Source: Clostridia bacterium (GTDB lineage: Bacteria; Bacillota; Clostridia; TANB77; CAG-508). From it: a stretch of 64,000 bases of DNA. The position numbers and the translations under genes were made by a program. The DNA is taken from the NCBI GenBank assembly GCA_022792135.1, contig JAAWAM010000032.1, positions 5,460 to 69,459 of the forward strand, written 5' to 3'. The stretch's first letter is position 1. Each line of letters begins with the position of its first letter. Below the pieces are notes generated by a model. The model had not been told where the DNA came from and made no database searches. It saw nothing but the letters and a program-made list of their open reading frames with translations. Below are positions 27,622 through 37,051 of the stretch, one piece after another.

Positions 27622-30012
27622 TTATTTTAGTTTACTATTTACTTTCGCATATTTCTTTAATTTTTCATAAACTAAATAATTAATTGTACCAGCAGGGAAG
27701 TTTCCATCTTTATCCTTTTTACCAGCAGGAACACCAGTTAAAATTTCAATTCCCTCTTCAATTGTAGAAACAGAGTAGATATGGAATTTTTTATCTTTTA
27801 CTGCTTGAATGACTTCATCTGATAATTGTAAATTATTAACATTTTGCACTGGTATCATAACACCATGAGAACCATCTAAGCCACGAACTTTACATACTTG
27901 GAAATAGCCTTCAATTTTTTCATTGACACCACCAATTGGCTGGATTTGACCTTTTTGATTGACAGAGCCAGTAACGGCAATGGATTGATTAATAGGAATG
28001 CCAGATAAACTAGAAAGTAATCCATATAATTCTGTACTAGAAGCACTGTCTCCATCCACTCCATTATATAATTGTTCAAAACAGATACTTGCTGTTAAAC
28101 ATAGAGGAATATCTTGGGCAAACATTTCTCCCAAATAGCCTGTTAAGATTAAGACACCTTTTGAATGAGAAGGACCAGAAATTTCGACTTCTCTTTCAAT
28201 GTTGACAATTCCAGTTTTTCCAGTATAAGTATTAACGGTAATTTTAGCTGGTTTTCCAAAAGTATAGTCGCCAATTGTCATAACCGTTAGACCATTTAGT
28301 TCACCAACTTCATAACCTGAGGTGTTAATTAAAAGAGTATTTTCCTTTATCATTTCTAAATATTTTTCATCGTATTTTTTTACTCTTTCAATTCTTTCTT
28401 GTAATGCTTTATCAATGAATTTTGCTGTTACCACTTTGGATCTAGACAATTTAGCCCAAGTGGCAGCCTCACCAACTACTTGGATTAAGTTATCAAATTT
28501 AGTCGAAACTTTACTATGATTTCCAGCTAATTTAGAGCCATATTCTACTAATCTTGCCATAGCTTCTTTATCTAATTGAGGTAGCTCTTCATGTTCACAA
28601 AATCCATGGATAATTTGAGCTAATTTATTTAAATTTTCCTTGGTTATATCGGCTGATTCCTCAAATTCTACTTTGATTTTAAATAGTTTTCTAAAATCTG
28701 AATCCATAGCTAAAAGGGATTGATAAATACTACTATTTCCAATTAAAATTACTTTTAAGTTAAGAGGAATTGGTTCTGGCTTTAAAGAAACTAATACCAT
28801 AGAAGAACGTTGTTCCGTTGCATTTTCAATTCCTAATTCTTTCATTCTTAAGGCTTTTTTCAAGGCTTCATAACAGATTCCGTTAGCCAATAAATCTTTG
28901 GCTTGGAAAATAATATAACCACCATTTGCTTGTTGAATAAGACCTGGTTTTAACATGGTATGATCTGTTTTTAAAGCACCATAGTAATTTTCATATTCTA
29001 AAGTTCCAAAGATATTATGGTAGGAATAATTCGAATCCATAATCACAGGGGCACCTTCTCGACTCGAATTATCAACAAATAGATTAACACGATAATTCAA
29101 ACAAGGATCTGGTTTTTTAGCAGATGGAGCGGATGCATTACCTTGAGGTACTTGCTCTGGAGGAGCCAAAAAGGTAGGAATATTTTTTAGTACATCTTGT
29201 TTTACATCTGTTAGAAATTTATTAATTTTTTTATTTCTTTTATATTTTGATTTTAAGTAATTAATATGAACATTAACAGTTAATAAGGCAACATTAGATT
29301 GCCATTCAGAGATTTTTTTATCCGATTGACGTTCAATTTCTTTTATTTGTCCAATGACATTCATAATTTGTTCTTGAACAAATACAGATTTTTCTTCATA
29401 TTGTTGTTTGATTTGAGCATCTAACTTTTCGAATTCTTCTTCTTCAATTGCTTTACCATCTACAACAGGCATCATGTAGATACCATTCTGAGCAGCTTTT
29501 ACTTGGAAATTATATTTAGAAGCATCTTCATTTAGTTTTTCTAATAAAGCAGATCGTTTTGCTTCAAATTTTTGTTTAATTAAAGCTTTTTCCTTTTCGA
29601 AATCATCATTATTAAAAGTTTTTTGAATATCTTTTCGAATTTCTTTTATGAAGCCTTTCATAGCATCTCTAAATTCTCTTCCTTGTCCAGCAGGTAATTT
29701 AACAGCAATTGGCTCATTTGGATTATCGAAATTATAGATATAACACCAATCAGAAGGGACTCTTTTTTTGGTTGCTATTTTTTGCAAGTAATTTTTAGTG
29801 TACATTGTTTTTCCAACACCACTAGGACCTTCTAGATATAAGTTATATCCTTTTACATCAACTTGTAAGCCAAATTCTAATGCTTTAATTCCACGATCTT
29901 GTCCAATTCCTGTTTGAATGGATTCTAATTCTTCTGTTGTTTCAAATTGAAAGATATCTGGATTACAAGTCATTTTTAAATCTTTGTAATTTAATTCGTT
30001 TTTGTTTTTCAT
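27622..30012 (-). CDS. Lon-family ATP-dependent protease (AAA+ plus Lon_C S16 domain, LonC/Lon-related type)
   Basis: 796 aa with Walker A LEGPSGVGKT and a C-terminal Lon protease domain (DGDSASSTELYGLLSSLSGIPINQSIAVTGSVNQKGQIQPIGG). Confidence 0.85.
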   Translation of the reverse strand: MKNKNELNYKDLKMTCNPDIFQFETTEELESIQTGIGQDRGIKALEFGLQVDVKGYNLYLEGPSGVGKTMYTKNYLQKIATKKRVPSDWCYIYNFDNPNEPIAVKLPAGQGREFRDAMKGFIKEIRKDIQKTFNNDDFEKEKALIKQKFEAKRSALLEKLNEDASKYNFQVKAAQNGIYMMPVVDGKAIEEEEFEKLDAQIKQQYEEKSVFVQEQIMNVIGQIKEIERQSDKKISEWQSNVALLTVNVHINYLKSKYKRNKKINKFLTDVKQDVLKNIPTFLAPPEQVPQGNASAPSAKKPDPCLNYRVNLFVDNSSREGAPVIMDSNYSYHNIFGTLEYENYYGALKTDHTMLKPGLIQQANGGYIIFQAKDLLANGICYEALKKALRMKELGIENATEQRSSMVLVSLKPEPIPLNLKVILIGNSSIYQSLLAMDSDFRKLFKIKVEFEESADITKENLNKLAQIIHGFCEHEELPQLDKEAMARLVEYGSKLAGNHSKVSTKFDNLIQVVGEAATWAKLSRSKVVTAKFIDKALQERIERVKKYDEKYLEMIKENTLLINTSGYEVGELNGLTVMTIGDYTFGKPAKITVNTYTGKTGIVNIEREVEISGPSHSKGVLILTGYLGEMFAQDIPLCLTASICFEQLYNGVDGDSASSTELYGLLSSLSGIPINQSIAVTGSVNQKGQIQPIGGVNEKIEGYFQVCKVRGLDGSHGVMIPVQNVNNLQLSDEVIQAVKDKKFHIYSVSTIEEGIEILTGVPAGKKDKDGNFPAGTINYLVYEKLKKYAKVNSKLK

Positions 30013-30223
30013 TTGTTTCCTCCATAATTTTTTCTTATTATATCCAGTTTAAAGTTATTTTATATTAGCAAACAGAAAAAGTAAAGAAAATCATAAAAAA
30101 AATAAAAAATACTTGCTATTTTTGTAAAAATATGGTAAAAAATAAATAATTTTATATCTATAACATTTTTTCAATATAATTGATTCAAAAAATTTATTCA
30201 AAGACTAATTCGAAAATTTACGC

Positions 30224-30252
30224 TTGACTAAAAATAAATCAGATGGTAAAAT
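30224..30252 (+). promoter_or_regulatory. Sigma-A promoter for the heptad-repeat gene
   Basis: TTGACT, 17 nt, TAAAAT, with TGg extended -10. Confidence 0.6.
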
Positions 30253-30274
30253 AACAAAAATAGGAGGTGAGCGA

Positions 30275-30850
30275 ATGGAAGAAAAAATTTTATCAATTCT
30301 TTTAGATATGCAAATTGATATCAAAAAAATAAAAACAGAGCAACAAGAGATGAAAAAAGAGCAACAAGAGATGAAGAAAGAGCAACAAGAGATGAAGAAA
30401 GAGCAACAAGAGATGAAGAAAGAGCAACAAGAAATGAAAAAAGAGCAACAAGAGATGAAGAAAGAGCAACAAGAAATGAAGAAAGAGCAACAAGAAATGA
30501 AGAAAGAGCTACAAGAGATGAAAACAGAACAACAAGGAATGAAGAAAGAGCTACAAGAGATGAAAACAGAACAACAAGGAATGAAGAAAGAACAACGAGG
30601 GATGAAAAAAGAACTACAAGGAGTAAAAGCAGAACAAAAGAGCATGAAGGAATTACAAGAAATAACCATAAAAAGACTAGATAGATTAGAAAAAGAAACA
30701 AGAATCAGTAGAATCAATATTGCTAAAATATTAGAAGTAAGTAATGAGACAAGAGAATTCTTAAAAAATACCATAAAACAAAACGAGAAAGAGCATGAAG
30801 AGTTTAATAGTAGAATTAATCAGTTAGAAATAGAAAAAATAATATCATAA
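30275..30850 (+). CDS. Coiled-coil protein with 15 tandem heptads (KEQQEMK-type); function unknown
   Basis: AGGAGGTG SD 6 nt upstream of the ATG at 30275. The repeat stays in frame, and a non-repetitive C-terminal 65 aa and terminator follow at about 30877-30905. Confidence 0.6.
   Translation: MEEKILSILLDMQIDIKKIKTEQQEMKKEQQEMKKEQQEMKKEQQEMKKEQQEMKKEQQEMKKEQQEMKKEQQEMKKELQEMKTEQQGMKKELQEMKTEQQGMKKEQRGMKKELQGVKAEQKSMKELQEITIKRLDRLEKETRISRINIAKILEVSNETREFLKNTIKQNEKEHEEFNSRINQLEIEKIIS
30338..30652 (+). repeat. 15 x 21-bp direct tandem repeat (8 near-identical units, then 7 degenerate units)
   Basis: Unit gagcaacaagagatgaa[ag]aaa, phased at 30338, 30359, 30380 and so on. Confidence 0.95.
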
Positions 30851-31038
30851 AATAAAAAAATATAGATATAAAATGAAACCATTTAGTCTAGTTACTAGAT
30901 GGTTTTTTATAGGTAGGAAAATTCTCCAAACTTTCTATTGTTCTTTATACAATTGGGTCAAAATCATATAAAACTATTGCAATCTGGAATGAAAATAGAT
31001 ATAATAACAAAAAATCCCAAGTTGAAAGGGAGGAGAAA

Positions 31039-31608
31039 ATGAATAAAACCAAACGAAAAATATTTGAAACATCCATGAAATTATTTGCAGAAAAAGGATA
31101 TGACGCTACAAGTATTGAAGAAATAACAGCAACAGTAGGAGTGGCAAAAGGTACTTTATATTATCACTTTTCAAGCAAAGAAGAAATCTTCAACTTTTTA
31201 GTAGAAGAAGGAATTAAACTTTTAAATAATAGTGTTGATATTAAGACGGCTAAATTTTCAAATTATATTGATAAATTAAAAGCCATTGTCTTAATTCAAA
31301 TCAAAATAGTAAAAAAATATGAAGACTTAATTACTATTTTATTAAGCCAGTTTTGGGGAAATGAAGCAAGAAACCAGATGTGTAAAGATAATATTTTTTC
31401 ATACATTCAAAAAATAGAAGAAATCGTAAAAGAAGGAATAGAAAAGGGAGAAATCAAAAAAGGGGAGCCACAAGCAATTGCCTCTGAAATTTATGGTTTA
31501 ATATGTTCAAGTTTAGTTTATAAAATAAGAAATAAAGAACAATTTGATATTATGAAGCTGTACAAGGGATTTGAAAGTACAGTAATTGAAGGGCTAAAAA
31601 CAAAATAG
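31039..31608 (+). CDS. TetR/AcrR family transcriptional regulator
   Basis: N-terminal HTH: KIFETSMKLFAEKGYDATSIEEITATVGVAKGTLYYHF. Confidence 0.85.
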   Translation: MNKTKRKIFETSMKLFAEKGYDATSIEEITATVGVAKGTLYYHFSSKEEIFNFLVEEGIKLLNNSVDIKTAKFSNYIDKLKAIVLIQIKIVKKYEDLITILLSQFWGNEARNQMCKDNIFSYIQKIEEIVKEGIEKGEIKKGEPQAIASEIYGLICSSLVYKIRNKEQFDIMKLYKGFESTVIEGLKTK

Positions 31609-31623
31609 GAAGGAAAAAGGAAG

Positions 31624-33327
31624 ATGAGAGAACCAATTCATAACTATATGAAATTTACGGATTTAAAAGATATGCTAAAAAAGTCGGGAGAAGCATTTGG
31701 AAATAGACCAGCCTATATTTTTAAAACAGAGGAAAAAGGAAAATTCAGGGAAATTACTCATAAAGAATTTAGAGAAGATATCAATCATTTAGGAACAGCC
31801 TTAATGGATATGGGATTAAAACATAAAAGGATTGCTGTTATAGCTAACAATCGATATGAATGGGGAGTAGCATATTTAGCGGCTGTAACAGGAGTTGGCA
31901 TAGTAGTGCCATTAGATAAAGCACTGCCAGACAATGAAATAGAAAATCTAGTAATACGTTCTGAAGTGGAGGCAATATTCTATTCAAACCAATATGACAA
32001 AATTATGAACAAAATGAAAGAAGAAGGAAACACCAAGGTAAAGTATTTCATTTCTATGGATTTAGAGAAAAAGGAAAAAGATATCTATTCACAAAAGGAA
32101 TTAACGGAAAAAGGAAAGCAATTAGTTGAAAAAGGGAATAGAGAATTTTTAGATGCTGAAATTAATCCAGAGAGTATGGGAATTATGCTATTTACATCAG
32201 GGACTACTGCTATGGCAAAAGCAGTAACATTGTCTCACAAAAATATAACTACTAATTTAATGGATATTGCCTCTGTTATCAAAGTAGACGAAACTCATAG
32301 ATTTTTATCTTTCCTACCTCTACATCATACATTTGAATGCACAACTGGTTTTTTATATCCCATTTCAAAAGGGGCGTCTATTGCTTTTTGTGAAGGAATT
32401 AGACATATTGCAGATAATATCAAAGAATTCCAAATTACAACCATGATATCAGTACCAATTTTATTTGAAAACATGTACAAGAAAGTAATGAAAGGAATTG
32501 AGAAAAAAGGAAAGCTAGAAACTGTAAAAAAAGGAATTAAAATTAGTAATTTCTTATTAAAATTTGGAATTGATATTAGAAAAAAAATATTTAAAGAAAT
32601 TCATGGGAATTTAGGTGGAAAAATAAAAATATTCGTAGCAGGAGGAGCAGCATTAGATCCAGAAACAGAAAAAGGTTTTAATGAATTAGGATTTAAGTTG
32701 TACCAAGGATATGGATTAACAGAAACTTCACCAGTAATTGCAGCAGAGGATGATAAATATCAAAGATTAGGTTCAATCGGAAAACCACTTCCAAGTTTAG
32801 AGGTTAAAATAGATGATCCAAATGAAGAAGGAATTGGAGAATTACTAGTAAAAGGACCATCCATTATGCTGGGCTATTATAACAATGAGGAAGCAACAAA
32901 AGAAACCTTGAAAGATGGATGGTTATATACAGGGGACCTTGCTAAGATAGATAAAGATGGTTACCTATTTATTGCTGGAAGAAAGAAATTTGTAATTGTA
33001 TTAAAAAATGGAAAAAATATTTATCCAGAGGAACTTGAGACCTTGATTAACAAAATTGAAGGAGTAAAGGAAAGTTTTGTCTATGGAAAGCCAGAAGACG
33101 ATGGAGACTATAAAATCTGTGCTAAAATAGTGTATGATAAAGAAGTATATAAAACGATGGAAAAAGAGGAATTAAAAAAACTAATATGGCAAGAAGTAAA
33201 AAAAGTAAACAAAACGATGCCAGCATACAAATATATTAGAGAAATGATACTAACCGATCAAGATTTAATAAAAACGACAACACAGAAAATTAAAAGATTT
33301 GAAGAAATGAAATTAGTTTTAAAATAA
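31624..33327 (+). CDS. AMP-dependent synthetase/ligase (long-chain fatty-acid-CoA ligase-like)
   Basis: AMP-binding motifs LFTSGTTAMAKAV, YGLTETS and TGDLAKIDKDGYLFIAGRKK. Confidence 0.85.
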   Translation: MREPIHNYMKFTDLKDMLKKSGEAFGNRPAYIFKTEEKGKFREITHKEFREDINHLGTALMDMGLKHKRIAVIANNRYEWGVAYLAAVTGVGIVVPLDKALPDNEIENLVIRSEVEAIFYSNQYDKIMNKMKEEGNTKVKYFISMDLEKKEKDIYSQKELTEKGKQLVEKGNREFLDAEINPESMGIMLFTSGTTAMAKAVTLSHKNITTNLMDIASVIKVDETHRFLSFLPLHHTFECTTGFLYPISKGASIAFCEGIRHIADNIKEFQITTMISVPILFENMYKKVMKGIEKKGKLETVKKGIKISNFLLKFGIDIRKKIFKEIHGNLGGKIKIFVAGGAALDPETEKGFNELGFKLYQGYGLTETSPVIAAEDDKYQRLGSIGKPLPSLEVKIDDPNEEGIGELLVKGPSIMLGYYNNEEATKETLKDGWLYTGDLAKIDKDGYLFIAGRKKFVIVLKNGKNIYPEELETLINKIEGVKESFVYGKPEDDGDYKICAKIVYDKEVYKTMEKEELKKLIWQEVKKVNKTMPAYKYIREMILTDQDLIKTTTQKIKRFEEMKLVLK

Positions 33328-33516
33328 GCAATAGGGAAGAGCAAAGATAGCTTTTCCCTAGCAAATTTTACCAATGTAATAGAAATGTAATACAATTGTA
33401 ACAAAAACTTAATAAAAAAATACAGATATCATCTTGTAGTTTTTTGTTAGTTCATGTATAATTATAAAAGAAACAGTAAAAAGCAAACACGCGTAAGATA
33501 AAGGAGGGAATTTACA

Positions 33517-34353
33517 ATGTCTAAATCTGGCATAGTAAATGTGAGAATGGTTATCACAGAAGAAAAAATATTATCCAATATAGATAAAGTTCAAAAACTA
33601 ATCAATCCAAAAAGTAAGAAACAAATTGTTCAATTAGAAGATGATACTTACTTTAAAGATTTAGTAGAATCCATCAAGACGTATTTAATTGAATATCCAA
33701 AAAAGAAAAATTTTCCAGCAAGTGTATATAAAGCCGCTTATGGATTAGTTGAATTTGCAACCAATCAATTTGAAGAAAATACAAAAAAAATAGAAGAATT
33801 AATTAGACAAAGAGAACAAAATATAGCGTTAGCAGGTCAGTTAAAAGAAGTTATGGAGGCAACTGTTAATAAAGAAAAGGATTGGAAAGACCAAGTAAAG
33901 AAAGCAGAAAATAATTTTTCAGAAGATATTATAGAAACTTTAACTATTGTAGGAAAAGCGAAAAGTAATAAATCACAAAATTATCAAGATGCTATAAAAT
34001 TATTAAATGCTAGAGTCAATAATTTAGAGTCTAATTTACATATAGAAATTGATATGGAAAGAATTGAAGATAGATCAAAGGCTTTAAGTTACATTGGGAT
34101 TGAAATAGCAGATGCTTTAAAATCAATTCCAACACCAGCAGAAGAAATAGAATCACAAGCAGAAGAACAAATTCAAAATGTAGAAGCAGAACAACAATAT
34201 GTACAAGATACTACATTTGAAGCAAAACCAAGCTTATGGCAAAGATTTAAAAATAGTAAAATAGTAAGAGCTGTGAAAATGATTACTAGAATTAGAATTG
34301 TACTAGATTATTCAGATGCGCTTCCAGAGGGAAGAGGAGAAATGAATCAATAA
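33517..34353 (+). CDS. Hypothetical protein, largely helical/coiled-coil
   Basis: 278-aa ORF with AAAGGAGGG SD and terminator at about 34383-34400. No recognisable family. Confidence 0.5.
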   Translation: MSKSGIVNVRMVITEEKILSNIDKVQKLINPKSKKQIVQLEDDTYFKDLVESIKTYLIEYPKKKNFPASVYKAAYGLVEFATNQFEENTKKIEELIRQREQNIALAGQLKEVMEATVNKEKDWKDQVKKAENNFSEDIIETLTIVGKAKSNKSQNYQDAIKLLNARVNNLESNLHIEIDMERIEDRSKALSYIGIEIADALKSIPTPAEEIESQAEEQIQNVEAEQQYVQDTTFEAKPSLWQRFKNSKIVRAVKMITRIRIVLDYSDALPEGRGEMNQ

Positions 34354-34412
34354 AAATACCAGAAAAGAGTTAGTTAAATTAGGACTAATTCTTTTTTTGC
34401 TAAAAGGAAATA

Positions 34413-34675
34413 AATAAGCAGCGGCTGCTAACCACTGCTTATTCTGGTATCACGATGAGTGATACCAGTTCATGAAACTTATCGGAATGAACCGACAAAG
34501 TTTCATTTTCTAAATAGACTTGATCAAGTCTATTTAGAAAATTTTTATTTGTCCAGTAAAATTTTACTGGACAAATTCCTCTCTCCTTATTGTAAATAAG
34601 AAGAGAGATTTTTTCCCAAAAGCTGAAAAAGTCAGCTTTTGAGATAGTGCGAAATTCGCTGAAAGCGAATTTCGC
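34413..34675 (-). other. Array of eight consecutive perfect hairpins/palindromes (candidate structured RNA)
   Basis: Stems at 34413-34443, 34444-34468, 34472-34506, 34505-34542 (38-nt perfect palindrome), 34547-34576 (30-nt palindrome), 34579-34607, 34617-34641 and 34649-34675. The only mismatch (34585/34601) is C.A on plus but G.U on minus. Confidence 0.7.
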
Positions 34676-34693
34676 TAAAATAGTAATACTCAT
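34439..34693 (-). CDS. Hypothetical 84-aa ORF built from stacked perfect palindromes; coding status uncertain
   Basis: GAGGAGG SD 7 nt upstream of the ATG at 34693 and a promoter TTGTAA-17-TAAAAT (34743-34715, minus). The stop lies inside the terminal hairpin, and the amino-acid composition is unprotein-like. Confidence 0.3.
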   Translation of the reverse strand: MSITILAKFAFSEFRTISKADFFSFWEKISLLIYNKERGICPVKFYWTNKNFLNRLDQVYLENETLSVHSDKFHELVSLIVIPE

Positions 34694-34786
34694 AAAAAAT
34701 CCTCCTCACCAACCATTTTATCATAATTTAACATAATTTACAAGCAGCATTTTTAGAACTTACAAAACAAAAATTCGAAAAATGGA

Positions 34787-34815
34787 ATTTGACTTTTAGA
34801 AAAGAATATAGTATA
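34787..34815 (+). promoter_or_regulatory. Consensus sigma-A promoter upstream of rnj
   Basis: TTGACT, 17 nt, TATAAT, about 200 nt upstream of the rnj start. Confidence 0.65.
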
Positions 34816-35013
34816 ATGCAAAAAGTAGTGAATAATATTGATCGGAATTTATGAAAACAATGGAGTCAATATGATGGGTAAGAGAGAAAAAAAGCCACAT
34901 ATAAAAAACTCTATTAATTTTGTGCAGATGAATTAAAAATAGTAAATTAGGTCAAAATTAGTTTAGAAGGTTAAACTAATTTTTTTGTCAGTTAAAAAAG
35001 GAAAGGAGAATAT

Positions 35014-36912
35014 ATGACAGAAGAAAATAAAAGAAATCAAAAAGCAGAAGAAAAAACAACTTCTAAAAGAAGAACAACAACCAAAAAAATAGAAAATGGG
35101 AACAAAAAAGGAATGGCAAGAAAGCCATATCAAAAAAGAGAAGTAAACAAAGAAGGGAAAAAAATAGAAGAAAGAACAAGCAACAAAACAAAAGCAAGAA
35201 CAACAAACAGAAAAACAAAAAATAGTAACAAAGAAAATAATAAAATATTTAAAAAGTCAAAATTAAAAATTATTCCACTAGGGGGATTACACGAAATTGG
35301 GAAAAATATTACCGTATTTGAATATGAAAATGAAATCATTGTAGTAGACTGTGGATTATCTTTCCCAGAAGATGATATGCTTGGAATCGATTTAGTTATA
35401 CCAGATATCACATACCTAGAAAAAAATGTAGATAAAATTAAGGGATTAATTATTACACATGGGCATGAGGACCATATTGGTTCTGTACCTTATTTACGAA
35501 AGAAAATCAATATACCAATTTATGCACCACGATTGGCAGCAGGATTAATTCGAAACAAATTAGAAGAGCACAAATTAGTGAGAAGTACAAAGTTAATAGA
35601 AGTAATGCAAGGACAAACCATTCAATTAGGAAAAAATTTCAAAGTAGAATTTATTAGAAGTTCACACAGTATACCAGATTCCGTTATGTTAGCAATCACT
35701 ACACCAGCAGGAACGGTATTACACACAGGAGATTTTAAAATAGATTATACACCAATTGATGGTAAAATTATGGACTTTGGAAGAATTGCAGAACTTGGAA
35801 ACCAAGGGATTTTAGCATTAATGTCAGATAGTACAAACGCAGAAAGAAAAGGTTCAACTATGTCTGAAAGGTCAGTAGGAGAAGTCTTTGAAAAATTATT
35901 TTTACATTGTACCAAAAGAATTGTAGTAGCCACATTTGCATCCAATGTACACAGAGTACAGCAAATTGTTAATTCAGCAGTAAGACAAAACAGAAAAATA
36001 GCAGTTTGTGGTAGAAGTATGATTAATATGATAACAACAGCAAGAGAATTAGGATACATTCAATGTCCAGAAAATATCTTTATTGATATTGACATGATAA
36101 ACAATTATCCAGATGAACAATTAGTAATCATTACGACAGGAAGTCAAGGAGAACCAATGTCAGCCCTAACAAGAATGGCAGCAGGAGACCATAGGAAAGT
36201 GAAAATCACACCAAATGATTTAGTTATCATTTCAGCAACACCAATACCAGGAAACGAAAAATTTGTATCCAAAGTAATTGATGACTTAATGCAAATAGGA
36301 GCAGAAGTAGTATACAGTTCATTAGAAGATATCCATGTTTCAGGACACGCTTGCCAAGAAGAACAAAAATTAATTTTGGCGTTAGCTAAACCGAAATACT
36401 TTATACCAGTTCATGGAGAATACAGGCAATTAATTGCACATAGTGAAACGGCACAAAGTATGGGAATTGAGAAAGACAATATCATTATGATGTCTAATGG
36501 TAGAGTACTAGAAATTGGAGAAGAGGGAGCAGAATTTACAACAACTGTACCAAGTGGAAAAGTGTTAGTAGACGGACTTGGCGTTGGAGACGTCGGAAAT
36601 ATTGTGTTAAGAGATAGGCAACACTTATCACAAGATGGATTAATTGTAATTGTATTAACCATGGATTCTCAAACAGGAGAAGTAGTAGCTGGACCAGATG
36701 TCATATCAAGAGGATTTGTTTATGTAAGAGAATCTGAAAATTTAATGGATGATGTAAAATCAGTGGTAAGACATGAAATTAAAAAATGTGAAGAAAGAGG
36801 AATTCGCGATTGGGCAACCATTAAATCAACTACAAGACAGAATTTAAGAGATTATATTTTCATGAAAACAAAAAGGAATCCAATGATCATTCCGATCATT
36901 ATGGAAATCTAA
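35014..36912 (+). CDS. rnj: Ribonuclease J (beta-CASP metallo-beta-lactamase) with a Lys/Thr/Asn-rich N-terminal extension of about 85 aa
   Basis: KLKIIPLGGLHEIGKN and HGHEDHIG motifs, with beta-CASP and C-terminal domains. The extension is open in frame from the ATG at 35014. Confidence 0.9.
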   Translation: MTEENKRNQKAEEKTTSKRRTTTKKIENGNKKGMARKPYQKREVNKEGKKIEERTSNKTKARTTNRKTKNSNKENNKIFKKSKLKIIPLGGLHEIGKNITVFEYENEIIVVDCGLSFPEDDMLGIDLVIPDITYLEKNVDKIKGLIITHGHEDHIGSVPYLRKKINIPIYAPRLAAGLIRNKLEEHKLVRSTKLIEVMQGQTIQLGKNFKVEFIRSSHSIPDSVMLAITTPAGTVLHTGDFKIDYTPIDGKIMDFGRIAELGNQGILALMSDSTNAERKGSTMSERSVGEVFEKLFLHCTKRIVVATFASNVHRVQQIVNSAVRQNRKIAVCGRSMINMITTARELGYIQCPENIFIDIDMINNYPDEQLVIITTGSQGEPMSALTRMAAGDHRKVKITPNDLVIISATPIPGNEKFVSKVIDDLMQIGAEVVYSSLEDIHVSGHACQEEQKLILALAKPKYFIPVHGEYRQLIAHSETAQSMGIEKDNIIMMSNGRVLEIGEEGAEFTTTVPSGKVLVDGLGVGDVGNIVLRDRQHLSQDGLIVIVLTMDSQTGEVVAGPDVISRGFVYVRESENLMDDVKSVVRHEIKKCEERGIRDWATIKSTTRQNLRDYIFMKTKRNPMIIPIIMEI

Positions 36913-36987
36913 ATAAAATAAATGGGACAGTGAGTAAACTGTCTCATTTTTATCGAAGAGGATTTAAGCTAAAATCTTTTAGAATAC

Positions 36988-37016
36988 TTGAATAATCAGC
37001 CAATAATTGATATAAT
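36988..37016 (+). promoter_or_regulatory. Sigma-A promoter upstream of gltX
   Basis: TTGAAT, 17 nt, TATAAT, with TGa extended -10. Confidence 0.55.
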
Positions 37017-37051
37017 ATCAAAAATAATAAAAGAAACAAGGAGAGAGAAAG

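Noticed and set aside
27622-30012. Lon-like protease as the BrxL component of a BREX defence system
   Set aside because: No pglX, pglZ or brxA-C genes, or any methyltransferase, lie nearby. The neighbours are DUF421/DUF4363 spore genes and the repeat protein.
30338-30652. Possible CRISPR array
   Set aside because: The 21-bp units are directly abutting with no spacers, are in frame within a CDS, and no cas genes are present.
30205-30774. Long minus-strand ORF (189 aa, Cys/Ser/Phe-rich), plus ORFs 30302-30493 and 30321-30701, antisense to the heptad-repeat gene
   Set aside because: They exist only because the 21-bp repeat lacks stop codons in several frames. They have no SD or promoter, and the plus-strand gene has promoter, SD, non-repetitive termini and a terminator.
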